A DNA stretch of 64,000 bases from an uncultured Eubacteriales bacterium (GTDB taxonomy: Bacteria; Bacillota; Clostridia; Christensenellales; UBA1242): NCBI GenBank assembly GCA_948514155.1, contig CAOQYA010000004.1, positions 855 through 64,854 of the forward strand, written 5' to 3'. Shown one piece after another: positions 1-9,587 of this stretch. The stretch's first letter is position 1. Every line of letters starts with the position of its first letter. The notes below the pieces were generated by a model. It did not search any database. It saw only the letters and a list, made by a program, of their open reading frames with translations, and was not told the DNA's origin. A program made the translations under genes and the position numbers.

Positions 1-43
1 TTTAAAATTTTACAAAAATGTCGGAATTTGATAAAATGATATT

Positions 44-571
44 ATGAGAGTTGTATCAGGAACTAAAAAAGGCAAACGCTTACTTGAAAATAAGTGCTCG
101 CATATTCGGCCAACGACCGATAAAGTTAAACAGGCGCTTTTCACAAAACTTCAATTTTTTGTTGAGGGGGCAAGGGTGCTTGATCTTTTTTGCGGCACAG
201 GCGCACTTGGAATTGAAGCGCTTTCGCGCGGCGCAAGCGAAGTTATTTTTGTGGATAATAATGTTAAAAGCGCTTCGCTTACAAAAGCCAACCTTAAAAA
301 CTTGGGGCTGGTTTCTAAGGTTGTCACGGCCGACGCCAGCAAGGTCATAAAAAAGAGTTGGGGAAAGTTTGACCTCATTTTGCTTGACCCGCCTTACAAG
401 TCGGGGCTTTATGAGCCAACACTTAAACAAATTTATGAACAGCAACTTCTTAATGAAGAGGGGATTATTGTTTGCGAACACGCGAAAGAGGACACTTTTG
501 ACTATTCGCCATTTAAGGTGGCTGACGAAAAGCGCTATGGCACGATTATGCTCACATATTTGACGCTTTAA
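44..571 (+). CDS. rsmD: 16S rRNA (guanine966-N2)-methyltransferase RsmD
   Basis: 175-aa ORF with a class I SAM-MTase glycine loop (LDLFCGTGALGIEALSRG) and the DPPY catalytic motif typical of RsmD. Confidence 0.85.
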   Translation: MRVVSGTKKGKRLLENKCSHIRPTTDKVKQALFTKLQFFVEGARVLDLFCGTGALGIEALSRGASEVIFVDNNVKSASLTKANLKNLGLVSKVVTADASKVIKKSWGKFDLILLDPPYKSGLYEPTLKQIYEQQLLNEEGIIVCEHAKEDTFDYSPFKVADEKRYGTIMLTYLTL

Positions 572-600
572 AAAAACTTTGCGATTTGCAAAGTTTTTTT
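570..600. terminator. bidirectional rho-independent terminator
   Basis: Stem CTTTGC/GCAAAG flanked by an A-run and a T-run, between convergent rsmD and the GDPD gene. Confidence 0.7.
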
Positions 601-603
601 AAA

Positions 604-1332
604 TTAAATTTTAGGCTCGAAACCTTCGAATATGATGTTGTCGCAATATTTGACAACTCTTAAATATTCTTCTTGGCTTTTCACCGTCCAAGCAAGAAGC
701 GGAAGTTTTTTAAATTTCTTAACAAACCTATTTGGCAGCGTTTTTGCTTCATACATAATAAAGTCGGCAGCGGCCATTTTCTTTGTGAGCAGCATTCTTT
801 TCATGCCCCAGCGGGTGAGGAATTTCATTTTGACATTCTTTAAAAAGCCTGCAAGTTGGCCGCGAAGAAGGCTTGGCGCGTGCTCTTTGAAATATGAAAG
901 CACGAGTGGGTTGAAAGATGCAACTGCAACTTCGCCGCTGTATCTTTCGAGCGTGTCAATAACCTTTTGCTCCAGTTGTCCCACTTTGGAGTTGTTTTTA
1001 ACTTCAATAATAACAGGGGTTTGGCCGTCGATTGCCGAAAGTGCTTCCTCCAGTGTTGGAATTGTTTCCTTGCTGCCAGCAAGTTTGAGCATAGGCAGGT
1101 CTTGTTTAGTTAAAAATTTAAGATAGCCGTCATTGCCGGTCATTCTTGAAAGGCTTTCGTCGTGGAAAACAACAACAGTGCCGTCAGAGAGCATTTGCAC
1201 ATCAAGTTCAATCACATAGCCGTGAGCGATTGCGTTTTTAAAAGCCGAAATGGAATTTTCGGGAATTTCATTATTATGGAGGCCGCGGTGAGCGATAGGC
1301 GTTTCAACGAGCCAAGATTTGAAAAGGTCCAT
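604..1332 (-). CDS. glycerophosphodiester phosphodiesterase family protein
   Basis: 242-aa ORF with GDPD hallmarks: IAHRG, ENS...AF and ELDV near the N-terminus, then HD and EVK motifs. Confidence 0.8.
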   Translation of the reverse strand: MDLFKSWLVETPIAHRGLHNNEIPENSISAFKNAIAHGYVIELDVQMLSDGTVVVFHDESLSRMTGNDGYLKFLTKQDLPMLKLAGSKETIPTLEEALSAIDGQTPVIIEVKNNSKVGQLEQKVIDTLERYSGEVAVASFNPLVLSYFKEHAPSLLRGQLAGFLKNVKMKFLTRWGMKRMLLTKKMAAADFIMYEAKTLPNRFVKKFKKLPLLAWTVKSQEEYLRVVKYCDNIIFEGFEPKI

Positions 1333-1480
1333 ACTTTTTTCCTTAAGATTATTTTTATATAACCAGTATACTACTTTTTTTTACATTTAACAAAGGTTTT
1401 TGCGACAAAATTCAAATTTAAACATTTCCTTTGTCAAAATGATTGTTTTATCGCTAAATTTTGATATAATTGAGGAGGTT

Positions 1481-3280
1481 ATGAAAGAAAACATTAGGAA
1501 CTTTTGTATTATTGCACACATCGACCATGGAAAAAGCACGCTTGCTGACCGACTTATGGAGCAGACGAATTCTGTTGCGAAACGCGATATGCAGTCGCAA
1601 CTTCTTGACAGCATGGAACTTGAACGCGAAAAGGGAATAACAATCAAACTCACCCCAACTCGCATGAATTATTCATTTGAAGGCAAGGACTATGTGCTCA
1701 ATCTTATCGACACGCCGGGGCATGTTGACTTCACATATGAGGTGTCGCGCTCGCTTGCTGCATGCGAGGGTGCAATTCTTATTGTTGACGCTTCGCAAGG
1801 TGTGGAGGCTCAGACGCTTGCAAACGCATATCTTGCAATCGACGCAAACCTCGAGATTTTGCCGGTGATAAATAAAATAGACCTGCCTTCGGCGCGTCCC
1901 GACGAAGTTAAAAAGGAAATAGAGGATGTTGTGGGCTTGCCGGCCGAGGATGCGCCTTGCATTTCGGCAAAAGAAGGCACCAACATCGACGAGGTGCTCA
2001 GGCAAATTGTTTCCACTTTTCCTGCGCCTAAAGGCGACCAAAGTGCGCCGCTTAAGGGACTGATTTTTGACAGTTTTTACGATAACTTTAAGGGCGCAGT
2101 TTGTCTCGTTAGAATTTTTGATGGCGAGATTAAGGCGGGCGACCAAATTTTATTCATGCAGACTGGCAAGAGATTTGATGTGACAGAAGTGGGCATTTTT
2201 ACTCCGAAAATGGAGAGCGCAAATTCTCTTTCGGCGGGCGAAGTTGGATATGTAACAGCCTCAATTAAAAGCCTTTCCGAAGTCAATGTGGGCGACACTA
2301 TAACACATGTGGAGAGACCGACATTGGAGCCTATGCCTGGCTACAAAGTTGTGCAGCCGGTTGTTTATTGCGGAGTATTTGCAGTGGACGGGTCGAAATA
2401 TAACGAACTTAAGGAAGCACTGTTAAAACTTAAACTTAACGACGCCAGCCTTCAGTTTTCGCCCGAAGTTTCGCAGGCGCTCGGCTTTGGATTTAGATGT
2501 GGATTTTTGGGCCTATTGCACCTTGAAATTATCACCGAGCGCATCGAGCGCGAGTTTAATATCGATATTATCACCACCGCGCCGAGCGTGTCATATAAGG
2601 TGATAAAAACAAATGGCGACGAACTGGAAATTTCAAATCCGGCAAACTTACCTACGCCAGTTGAAATTGAAAAGATATATGAACCTATGCTTAAGGCAAG
2701 TATTTTCACGCCTCCAGCATATGTTGGTGCAATTATGCAGTTGTGTCAAGATAAGCGTGGCGTGTACAAGAACATGGTTTATCTTGATGCGTCTAGGGTG
2801 CGCCTTGAGTACAGCTTGCCGCTCGGCGAAATTATTTATGATTTCTTTGACAGGCTTAAATCGGCTACGAAAGGGTACGCAAGTTTTGACTACGAAATGG
2901 ACGGTTTTGCAGTAAGCAAACTTGTGAAGCTTGACATTCTTCTTAACGGCGAGAAGTGCGATGCGCTTTCTCTTATCGTGCATGAAGAGTCGGCATATTC
3001 GAGAGGAAGAGCAATTGCTGAGAAACTTAAAAAGATTATCCCTCGTCAACTTTTTGAAGTGCCTATTCAAGCCGCGATTGGAAACAAGATTATCGCAAGA
3101 GAAACGATTAGTGCGCTTAGAAAAGATGTGCTTGCAAAGTGCTATGGCGGTGATGTGACAAGAAAAAGAAAACTCCTCGAAAAGCAGAAGGAGGGTAAAA
3201 AACGAATGAGACAAATCGGGTCGGTGGAAATTCCTTCTGAAGCGTTTTTGTCAATTCTCAAATTGGATGACGAACAATGA
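1481..3280 (+). CDS. lepA: translation elongation factor 4 (LepA)
   Basis: GTPase motifs [17 protein letters not shown] and NKID plus the LepA C-terminal domain. ATG 1481 chosen because GAGGAGG lies 5 nt upstream; the track ORF starts at 1400. Confidence 0.95.
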   Translation: MKENIRNFCIIAHIDHGKSTLADRLMEQTNSVAKRDMQSQLLDSMELEREKGITIKLTPTRMNYSFEGKDYVLNLIDTPGHVDFTYEVSRSLAACEGAILIVDASQGVEAQTLANAYLAIDANLEILPVINKIDLPSARPDEVKKEIEDVVGLPAEDAPCISAKEGTNIDEVLRQIVSTFPAPKGDQSAPLKGLIFDSFYDNFKGAVCLVRIFDGEIKAGDQILFMQTGKRFDVTEVGIFTPKMESANSLSAGEVGYVTASIKSLSEVNVGDTITHVERPTLEPMPGYKVVQPVVYCGVFAVDGSKYNELKEALLKLKLNDASLQFSPEVSQALGFGFRCGFLGLLHLEIITERIEREFNIDIITTAPSVSYKVIKTNGDELEISNPANLPTPVEIEKIYEPMLKASIFTPPAYVGAIMQLCQDKRGVYKNMVYLDASRVRLEYSLPLGEIIYDFFDRLKSATKGYASFDYEMDGFAVSKLVKLDILLNGEKCDALSLIVHEESAYSRGRAIAEKLKKIIPRQLFEVPIQAAIGNKIIARETISALRKDVLAKCYGGDVTRKRKLLEKQKEGKKRMRQIGSVEIPSEAFLSILKLDDEQ

Positions 3281-4359
3281 TAGCCATATATGTGCATATT
3301 CCATTTTGTGAAAGTAAATGCGTTTATTGCGCATTTGCTTCTTTTTTGACGGGCGAGAAGGAAAGAGAAAAATATTTTGAAGTGTTAAAAAAAGAGATTG
3401 CGGCTTGCGATTTTGACGACCGCGATGTGCAGTCAATTTATTTCGGCGGAGGCACGCCGTCGTGCGTGAGTGAAGAGAAAATCGCAAGTGTTTTAGAGAC
3501 GATAAAAAAGCACTTTCGTGTGCTTGAAAATGCCGAAATAACAATCGAGTGTAACCCTTGCTCGGCGAGTGAAAAGAAACTTGCCTCTTACAAAAATATG
3601 GGAATAAATCGCATCAGTTTTGGAGTTCAGTCTTTGGACGAAAATATGCTTAAATTTTTAGGCAGACGGCACAATAAGTTGGGCGCGCTTGATGCGATAA
3701 AGCGCGCCACTGCCGCCGGCTTTGAGAACATTTCTGCCGACCTTCTTCTTGGTCTGCCGGCGGGGGATGTCAAGAAAGACGCTGCAAGGTTAATCAGAAA
3801 TGGCGTCAAACACATATCGGCATATATGCTTCAAATCGAAGAGAAGACTCCGCTTAAAAAAATGGTGGAGAGGGGAAAATTAAAATTGCCATCTGATGAT
3901 GAAACGGCCGATAATTATCAAAAATTGGCTTCATTTTTACAAAAAAAGGGCTTAAAGCGCTATGAAATCTCTAATTTTGCTCTTCCTAGCTATGAAAGTA
4001 GGCACAACTCGGCTTATTGGACGGGTGGGCAATATATCGGCTTTGGCCTTGGCGCACATTCCTTTGACGGCAAAAATAAACGCTGGGCAAACGCCTCAAA
4101 CTTTGAAGACTACTATGCTGGCCGCGTGCAAATTGAATCTCTATCAACGAGCGAGCGCGACGAAGAAATAATTATGCTTGGACTTAGGTGCTCGTTTGGA
4201 TTTAACATAAAAGAACTATCATTTGATATTTCAAAAAACAAAAGCTTCAACGAACTTTTGAAGCAAAACATTATCATTAAAAATGGTGATATAATCACCC
4301 TTAATTCCGATTTCTACGGCGTTTCCAACTCAGTGATTTTAAAACTTTTGGACGATTAA
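3277..4359 (+). CDS. hemW: radical SAM heme chaperone HemW (HemN-like)
   Basis: CxxxCxxC radical-SAM cluster ([10 protein letters not shown]) near the N-terminus, ~360 aa, ATGA overlap with lepA. lepA-hemN/W synteny is typical of Bacillota. Confidence 0.85.
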   Translation: MIAIYVHIPFCESKCVYCAFASFLTGEKEREKYFEVLKKEIAACDFDDRDVQSIYFGGGTPSCVSEEKIASVLETIKKHFRVLENAEITIECNPCSASEKKLASYKNMGINRISFGVQSLDENMLKFLGRRHNKLGALDAIKRATAAGFENISADLLLGLPAGDVKKDAARLIRNGVKHISAYMLQIEEKTPLKKMVERGKLKLPSDDETADNYQKLASFLQKKGLKRYEISNFALPSYESRHNSAYWTGGQYIGFGLGAHSFDGKNKRWANASNFEDYYAGRVQIESLSTSERDEEIIMLGLRCSFGFNIKELSFDISKNKSFNELLKQNIIIKNGDIITLNSDFYGVSNSVILKLLDD

Positions 4360-4389
4360 AAAAACAAGGCGGGAAGCCTTGTTTTTTTG
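4358..4389. terminator. bidirectional rho-independent terminator
   Basis: Stem CAAGGC/GCCTTG flanked by an A-run and a T-run, between convergent hemW and the orphan gene. Confidence 0.7.
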
Positions 4390-4393
4390 TGTA

Positions 4394-5398
4394 TTATCTG
4401 GAGAGAACTTCATCGTTAGGGTTTTTAACTATTTTGCTAAAGTCTGCTACGATTTGTTGCGAGTGACTATTATTCAATTTTTCCTCAAATTTATAAAGTT
4501 CATAATCTTTCATTTCTTTTGTTGCGCCGTCAAGATATAGTAAGGTGTTTTCATATGATGTATTTTCCGATAGAATGAAGTTATCGAGATTTCGAACAAT
4601 AAGAAAATTTTTTAAGTTTCTATGTCTGCATGCTTTAAGCATCTCTATTTGTTCTGGAGTAACTTGTTTTGGCAGATTATTTACTTTGTAATCTTTCATT
4701 GGATCGTTGCTTGTTAAAATGCAAAGCGTATCTTCTATTAAATTGAATTGATTGCCTGCTTCATACGCTATAAAATCTAGTGCAAGATTGGGATCGATAT
4801 TGGGAACTTCGTAAAGCATTTTAAAAAATGTTTCCATTCCATTAGAATAATTTTTTTGAAATTGTTTGTTGCAATAAGCACATTCTGATTGTATACATTT
4901 TTGAAGGGAAGAAACTTCTTCTTTGGTTTTTACTTTCTTCATAATTTGCATAGTTAAGCTCGTATTGCAGGAGTGTTGTTCTTCAATATACTCAAGCAAA
5001 ACTTTCGTTAATCCTTTCGTCGTTGGGCAATTTATGTTCGACAAATAAAGGTTTATAGTTTCTCCGCCATAATAATGAGTTAGTTCTTTCCCTGTCATTG
5101 TTTCAAGTTTTTTTAATATTGCAAAATCTTGTTGCTCAAGATGTGGCGCTACAGCGGCAAGCCTCGCATAATCCCACACATTTTTCATATGAGTTGCTCT
5201 TAATGCAACTTTACGCAATTGTGTCCAATCTAATTCTTTATAAAAGTAACCTCGAACATATGCCTCGCTTGCAAAATCTGCGCATCGGTCTGGATTGTCT
5301 AATTTTACAAGCAGATCAATTTTTTTTTGCATGCTCGCAATATCCCATGGTTGTAACCATTCGTGTAAAAGTTTATTTTTCGTTCTAAAAATTTTCAT
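4394..5398 (-). CDS. hypothetical protein (AT-rich orphan, 334 aa)
   Basis: Long ORF; ATG 5398 has AAGGAGAG 4 nt upstream. The longer 5596 start would overlap ylxM and its promoter. No motif recognised, no TM segment or signal peptide. Confidence 0.6.
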   Translation of the reverse strand: MKIFRTKNKLLHEWLQPWDIASMQKKIDLLVKLDNPDRCADFASEAYVRGYFYKELDWTQLRKVALRATHMKNVWDYARLAAVAPHLEQQDFAILKKLETMTGKELTHYYGGETINLYLSNINCPTTKGLTKVLLEYIEEQHSCNTSLTMQIMKKVKTKEEVSSLQKCIQSECAYCNKQFQKNYSNGMETFFKMLYEVPNIDPNLALDFIAYEAGNQFNLIEDTLCILTSNDPMKDYKVNNLPKQVTPEQIEMLKACRHRNLKNFLIVRNLDNFILSENTSYENTLLYLDGATKEMKDYELYKFEEKLNNSHSQQIVADFSKIVKNPNDEVLSR

Positions 5399-5459
5399 TA
5401 TATCTCTCCTTAAGCTCATTTTATCATAAATAAAATATTTGTCAATAGGGGATTTTTTG

Positions 5460-5489
5460 TTGACAAAGGGGAAAGGAGTGTGATATACT
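5460..5489 (+). promoter_or_regulatory. sigma-A-type promoter of the ylxM-ffh operon
   Basis: TTGACA (5460-5465) followed by GTGTGATATACT, an extended -10 with TATACT at 5484-5489. Confidence 0.5.
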
Positions 5490-5526
5490 CGGGTTGTAAA
5501 GTAAAAATGCTTTACGGAGAGAAAGG

Positions 5527-5766
5527 ATGAGTTTAGAGAACAATTTGCTTCTTGGCACGCTTTTTGATTTATATGGTCCGCTGCTTTCAAAGGCACAGCG
5601 TGGGATGATGGAGGACTATCTTTTAAAAGACCTCACCATTTCCGAAATTGCTGAAAATCAGGGCATTTCGAGGCAGGCTGTTAAGGACGCTGTTTCAAAA
5701 GCGGAAAAAAAGTTAAAAGAATATGAAAGTAAACTTGGCTTTCTTAAAAGATTAAATGGAGAGTGA
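5527..5766 (+). CDS. ylxM: YlxM/UPF0122 putative DNA-binding protein
   Basis: 79-aa ORF with a sigma-70 region-4-like HTH (LTISEIAENQGISRQAVKDAV), in the conserved position just upstream of ffh. Confidence 0.85.
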   Translation: MSLENNLLLGTLFDLYGPLLSKAQRGMMEDYLLKDLTISEIAENQGISRQAVKDAVSKAEKKLKEYESKLGFLKRLNGE

Positions 5767-5767
5767 T

Positions 5768-7075
5768 ATGGCGCTTTTTTCCTCATTATCAGATAGATTT
5801 AATCACATATTTTCCAAACTCACAAAGCGCGGAAGGCTGACCGAACTTGAAATTAAAGAAGCAATGCGCGAGGTGAGGATTGCTCTTCTTGAAGCCGATG
5901 TTAACTACATGGTGGCAAAGGACTTTGTTAAACGCGTTTCTGAAAAAGCGGTGGGTGACGAGGTTTTGAAGAGCCTCACGCCTTCGCAACAAGTGATTAA
6001 GATTGTTCGTGACGAACTGACTGAACTTATGAGTTCGAATAATCAAAAATTGACGATTTCTTCTGCACCGCCAACTATTATCATGCTTTGTGGATTGCAG
6101 GGCGCTGGAAAAACAACGATGTGCGCTAAACTTGCGGCACATTTAAAAAAGAGTGGCAAAAAACCTTTGCTTGTGGCTTGCGATATTTACAGACCGGCCG
6201 CGATTAGCCAGCTTCAAGTTGTTGGCAAGCAAGCAAACGCAGAAGTTTTTGAGCGCGGAACTCAAAACCCTGTTAAGACTGCAAAACAAGCGCTTGAACA
6301 TGCTAAAAAACAGGGCTTCGATGTTGTTATTCTCGATACAGCGGGGAGACTGCATATAAACGAAGAATTGATGGACGAACTTAAAGCCATAAAAAAAGAA
6401 GTTTGTCCGCATGAAATCTTGCTGACGCTTGACTCCATGACCGGTCAGGACGCCGTCAATGTTGCAGAGGCGTTTAATAACGCACTTGACGTGACCGGCT
6501 TTATTCTCACAAAACTTGACGGTGACACCCGCGGCGGCGCTGCGCTTTCGATTAAGGCTATCACTGGCAAGCCGATTAAGTTCACCGGTGTGGGTGAGAA
6601 AATTGGCGATATCGAGCCGTTCTATCCCGACCGCATTGCTAGCCGAATTTTAGGCATGGGCGATGTTCTGTCGCTTATCGAAAAGGCGCAAGAGGCTGTG
6701 ACCGAAGAAGAAGCCAAGGCGATGGAGAAAAAACTTAGAGAAAACTCCTTCACCTTTGAGGACTATCTTGTGCAAGTGGAGCAAATGAAGAAAATGGGTT
6801 CGCTGACTGATATTCTTGCAATGATCCCAGGAGCGAGCGCCAAACTTAAAGGCGTGCAAATTGACGAAAACGAAATTCAAATCAACAAACACATCATTCA
6901 ATCTATGACGCCGGAGGAGAGGAGAAATCCTGATATAATCAAAGCCTCGCGTCGTCAGAGAATTGCAAAGGGAAGCGGGACAAGTGTTCAGCAAGTGAAT
7001 GCGCTTCTTCGGCAATTCGCTCAGTCCAAAGAGATGATGAAGATGTTTAAGAACAAAAAGGGACTGAGATTTTAA
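5768..7075 (+). CDS. ffh: signal recognition particle protein Ffh
   Basis: SRP54 N and G domains (GLQGAGKTT, DTAGR, TKLDGD) and a Met-rich M domain. ATG 5768 follows the ylxM stop. Confidence 0.95.
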   Translation: MALFSSLSDRFNHIFSKLTKRGRLTELEIKEAMREVRIALLEADVNYMVAKDFVKRVSEKAVGDEVLKSLTPSQQVIKIVRDELTELMSSNNQKLTISSAPPTIIMLCGLQGAGKTTMCAKLAAHLKKSGKKPLLVACDIYRPAAISQLQVVGKQANAEVFERGTQNPVKTAKQALEHAKKQGFDVVILDTAGRLHINEELMDELKAIKKEVCPHEILLTLDSMTGQDAVNVAEAFNNALDVTGFILTKLDGDTRGGAALSIKAITGKPIKFTGVGEKIGDIEPFYPDRIASRILGMGDVLSLIEKAQEAVTEEEAKAMEKKLRENSFTFEDYLVQVEQMKKMGSLTDILAMIPGASAKLKGVQIDENEIQINKHIIQSMTPEERRNPDIIKASRRQRIAKGSGTSVQQVNALLRQFAQSKEMMKMFKNKKGLRF

Positions 7076-7200
7076 TCGGGGAGCGCGCGAGTGCCCCCTT
7101 GCCATGCGCAGCATTGGCAAGGGGGCGGGCGCCACGCCGCCGTGCGGCGTGGCGCTGGGCGGCCGGCATGGCCGGCCGAAACTCGCGCGCGGAGAGAACG
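7076..7200 (+). repeat. GC-rich structured intergenic element (three hairpins closed by a GCGCGC stem), copy A
   Basis: Closing stem 7082-7090/7181-7189 encloses perfect hairpins at 7092-7125, 7128-7154 and 7159-7177. The same architecture recurs at 34139-34275. Confidence 0.75.
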
Positions 7201-7255
7201 ATATATCTTCGCATATGCGAATTTATATAAAACAAAATTTACAAGGAGGAAAAAC

Positions 7256-7507
7256 ATGGCAGTTAAAATCAGACTTACAAGACTTGGAGACAAGAAATCA
7301 CCTTTCTACAGAGTTGTTGTTGCCGATTCAAGAAGCCCAAGAGACGGAAAGTTCGTTGAAATCATCGGAACATATGACCCTCTCAAAAACCCTGCAGAAA
7401 TCAAAATTGATGCAGAAAAAGCTTCAAAATGGCTCAAAAACGGCGCTACTCCAACAGAAACAGCTAAATCTGTGCTTGTGAAAGCGGGCGTTATTGAAAA
7501 GAAATAA
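7256..7507 (+). CDS. rpsP: 30S ribosomal protein S16
   Basis: [26 protein letters not shown] is the canonical S16 N-terminus, with AAGGAGG upstream. The track's N-terminal extension lies in the GC-rich element and is rejected. Confidence 0.95.
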   Translation: MAVKIRLTRLGDKKSPFYRVVVADSRSPRDGKFVEIIGTYDPLKNPAEIKIDAEKASKWLKNGATPTETAKSVLVKAGVIEKK

Positions 7508-7518
7508 AGGAGACGGGC

Positions 7519-7749
7519 ATGAAAGAACTCGTGGAATATATCGTTAGAAGCCTTGTTGAAAACAAGGATGCTGTCAGCGTTGCAATTGAAGAGAGTGAAG
7601 AAGAGACAATTGTTCGCGTGAATGTTGCAGACGAAGATATGGGCAGAGTGATTGGCAAAAATGGCAAAGTTGCGTCAAGCATCAGAACTATTGTTAAGTC
7701 CTTTGCTGGAAAAGACAGACGAAAAACATTCGTTAAATTCGGAGACTAA
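7519..7749 (+). CDS. khpA: KH-domain RNA-binding protein (KhpA/YlqC)
   Basis: 76-aa ORF with the KH motif VIGKNGKVASSIRTIV, in the conserved position between rpsP and rimM. Confidence 0.8.
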   Translation: MKELVEYIVRSLVENKDAVSVAIEESEEETIVRVNVADEDMGRVIGKNGKVASSIRTIVKSFAGKDRRKTFVKFGD

Positions 7750-8237
7750 TGGAAAAGTTACTTATCGCAAAAGTGTCAAAGCCTCAAGGCATCAAGGGTG
7801 AACTTAAGTGTCAACTGTTCACCGATGTTTTTGAGGCTGTCACAAAGGCGAAAAGAGTTTTTATCGAAGATAATATCTGCGAAGTGGAAAGGTCGGCAAT
7901 AAGAGGTGGCGACCTTTATTTAAAACTTCTTGGCATAAATGACAGAAACAACGCGGAAATTTTCAGAAATGCGCTTATCTATCTTCCAAAAGAGGAAATT
8001 GCTGAGAAAAAACAGACCGATTTTCTTGTTGATGACCTGCTTGGCATGACGCTCTATGATAAAAGTGGCGAACTTGTTGGCCAGATTGTCGATTATGAGG
8101 ACTATGGCAGCGCGCCTATTCTTTCAATCGAAGAAAGGGGGCATGTTTATGAAGTTCCATATATCTGCGAAGTTTTCATCACGGACGGGGACAGGCTTGT
8201 TGTCGACAGAAAAAAATATGAGGAGAATAGAATATGA
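7749..8237 (+). CDS. rimM: 16S rRNA processing protein RimM
   Basis: 162-aa ORF. N-terminus (GKVSKPQGIKGELK-like) and PRC-barrel C-terminus; rpsP-rimM-trmD synteny. Confidence 0.85.
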   Translation: MEKLLIAKVSKPQGIKGELKCQLFTDVFEAVTKAKRVFIEDNICEVERSAIRGGDLYLKLLGINDRNNAEIFRNALIYLPKEEIAEKKQTDFLVDDLLGMTLYDKSGELVGQIVDYEDYGSAPILSIEERGHVYEVPYICEVFITDGDRLVVDRKKYEENRI

Positions 8238-8905
8238 AAATTGACATTCTCACTCTTTTTCCCGAAAGTTTCAAGCCTTTTGAAGAAAGCATAATTGCAA
8301 GGGCAAGAAGGGCAGGCAAACTTGAAATTAATGTTATCGACATACGCGATTTCACCTTAGACAAACACAAAAAATGCGATGACACTCCATTTGGTGGAGG
8401 AGCTGGCATGCTTATGAGCGTGCAGCCAGTTTTTGACGCCGTTAAAAGCGTGCTTACAGACAAAAGCAAGGTGATTTTTCCGTCGCCAAGCGGAAAAGTT
8501 TTTGATGCGGCCAAAGCAAAATCTTTGGCACAAAATGAGCACCTTATTTTTGTTTGTGGACACTATGAGGGCATAGACCAGCGCCTTATCGAAATCTTCA
8601 ACATGGAAGAAATTTCGATTGGAGACTTTGTTCTTACAGGTGGAGAAATCCCAACAATGGCGATTGTGGATAGCCTTTGCCGTTTTGTTCCCGGTGTGCT
8701 TAAAGAGGGAAGTTTGGAAGAAGAAAGTTTCTCGGACGGGCTACTCGAATATCCGCAATACACAAGGCCTCAAGTTTTTGAGGGGCTGGCTGTGCCAGAG
8801 GTGCTCTTGAGTGGCAATCACGGCGAAATTGCAAAGTGGAGAAAGGAGATGGCTCTTAAAAAAACGCGAAACGTAAGACCCGACCTACTTAATGAAGATA
8901 AATAA
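8234..8905 (+). CDS. trmD: tRNA (guanine37-N1)-methyltransferase TrmD
   Basis: MKIDILTLFPE..., DDTPFGGGAGMLM and GHYEGIDQR motifs; 4-nt overlap with rimM. Confidence 0.95.
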   Translation: MKIDILTLFPESFKPFEESIIARARRAGKLEINVIDIRDFTLDKHKKCDDTPFGGGAGMLMSVQPVFDAVKSVLTDKSKVIFPSPSGKVFDAAKAKSLAQNEHLIFVCGHYEGIDQRLIEIFNMEEISIGDFVLTGGEIPTMAIVDSLCRFVPGVLKEGSLEEESFSDGLLEYPQYTRPQVFEGLAVPEVLLSGNHGEIAKWRKEMALKKTRNVRPDLLNEDK

Positions 8906-8921
8906 TTGCAAAGGAAGAATT

Positions 8922-9578
8922 ATGAAAATCGGATTTGTTATTGCTTGCGATGAGGAAATAGAAGCGCATTTAAAATATTTTGAAAAACTTAAAACAATTC
9001 AAGTTGAGAATATGACATTCTATAAAGGAAAATACGCAAAGCATACAATTTTTCTTTGTAAGTCTGGCCCATGCGAAATCAATGCTGGAGTTTTTACTCA
9101 GGCAATGATCAGTCATTTTAAACCTGACATCATTATTAACAGCGGAACTTGCGGTTCATTTGAAGAAAAATGTAAAGTTTGCGACACGCTTATTGTTGAC
9201 AATGCAACCTTTTGGGATATCAAAAAAGGATTTATTGGAGAAATTACATATAGCTGCGATGAAAAATTGAAAGATTTTGCACTTTCACTTGATAAAAAAT
9301 TAAAGCCAGGAAAACTTGTAACCGGAAATTCTTTTGTGGGAACGGCAGCACTCAAAAAGAAATTAATCAAAGATTTTGGTGCAAATTGCTGTGATATGGA
9401 AGGTGTTGCGGTTGTTTACACTTGCCAAAAAAATAATGTCCCTTGTTTTCTTATCAAGTGTATTTCGGACAGCGGAAACGAAGAAGAGTTTGATAAAAAC
9501 TTCAAAAAGGCTAGTGCAAAAGTGGCAAAAGTTACTTTTAATTGCATCGAAAAATTGACTAGAAAAGTTTTAAGATAG
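8922..9578 (+). CDS. MTA/SAH nucleosidase family protein (PNP_UDP_1 fold)
   Basis: Collinear by eye with MtnN: MKIG.I...EE, SG.G..NA, INSGT.G, CDMEG.A and ISD. ATG 8922 has AAGGAAG upstream. Confidence 0.65.
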   Translation: MKIGFVIACDEEIEAHLKYFEKLKTIQVENMTFYKGKYAKHTIFLCKSGPCEINAGVFTQAMISHFKPDIIINSGTCGSFEEKCKVCDTLIVDNATFWDIKKGFIGEITYSCDEKLKDFALSLDKKLKPGKLVTGNSFVGTAALKKKLIKDFGANCCDMEGVAVVYTCQKNNVPCFLIKCISDSGNEEEFDKNFKKASAKVAKVTFNCIEKLTRKVLR

Positions 9579-9587
9579 GAGAAAATA

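Noticed and set aside
1400-1480. Upstream extensions in the ORF track for lepA (1400), nifS (24236), parE (59733), the mtnN-like gene (8892), SDR (35403), the ABC-like gene (56031) and the 491-aa phage protein (47750)
   Set aside because: In each case an internal start with a proper SD matches the conserved N-terminus. Several of the extensions overlap promoters or upstream genes.
7047-7293. ORFs on both strands (7047-7235 minus, 7072-7293 minus, 7104-7481 plus) and the 55-codon N-terminal extension of rpsP (7091-7255), all rich in Arg/Gly/Ala/Pro
   Set aside because: They are translation artefacts of the GC-rich hairpin element. None has an SD, and rpsP has a canonical start at 7256 with AAGGAGG upstream.
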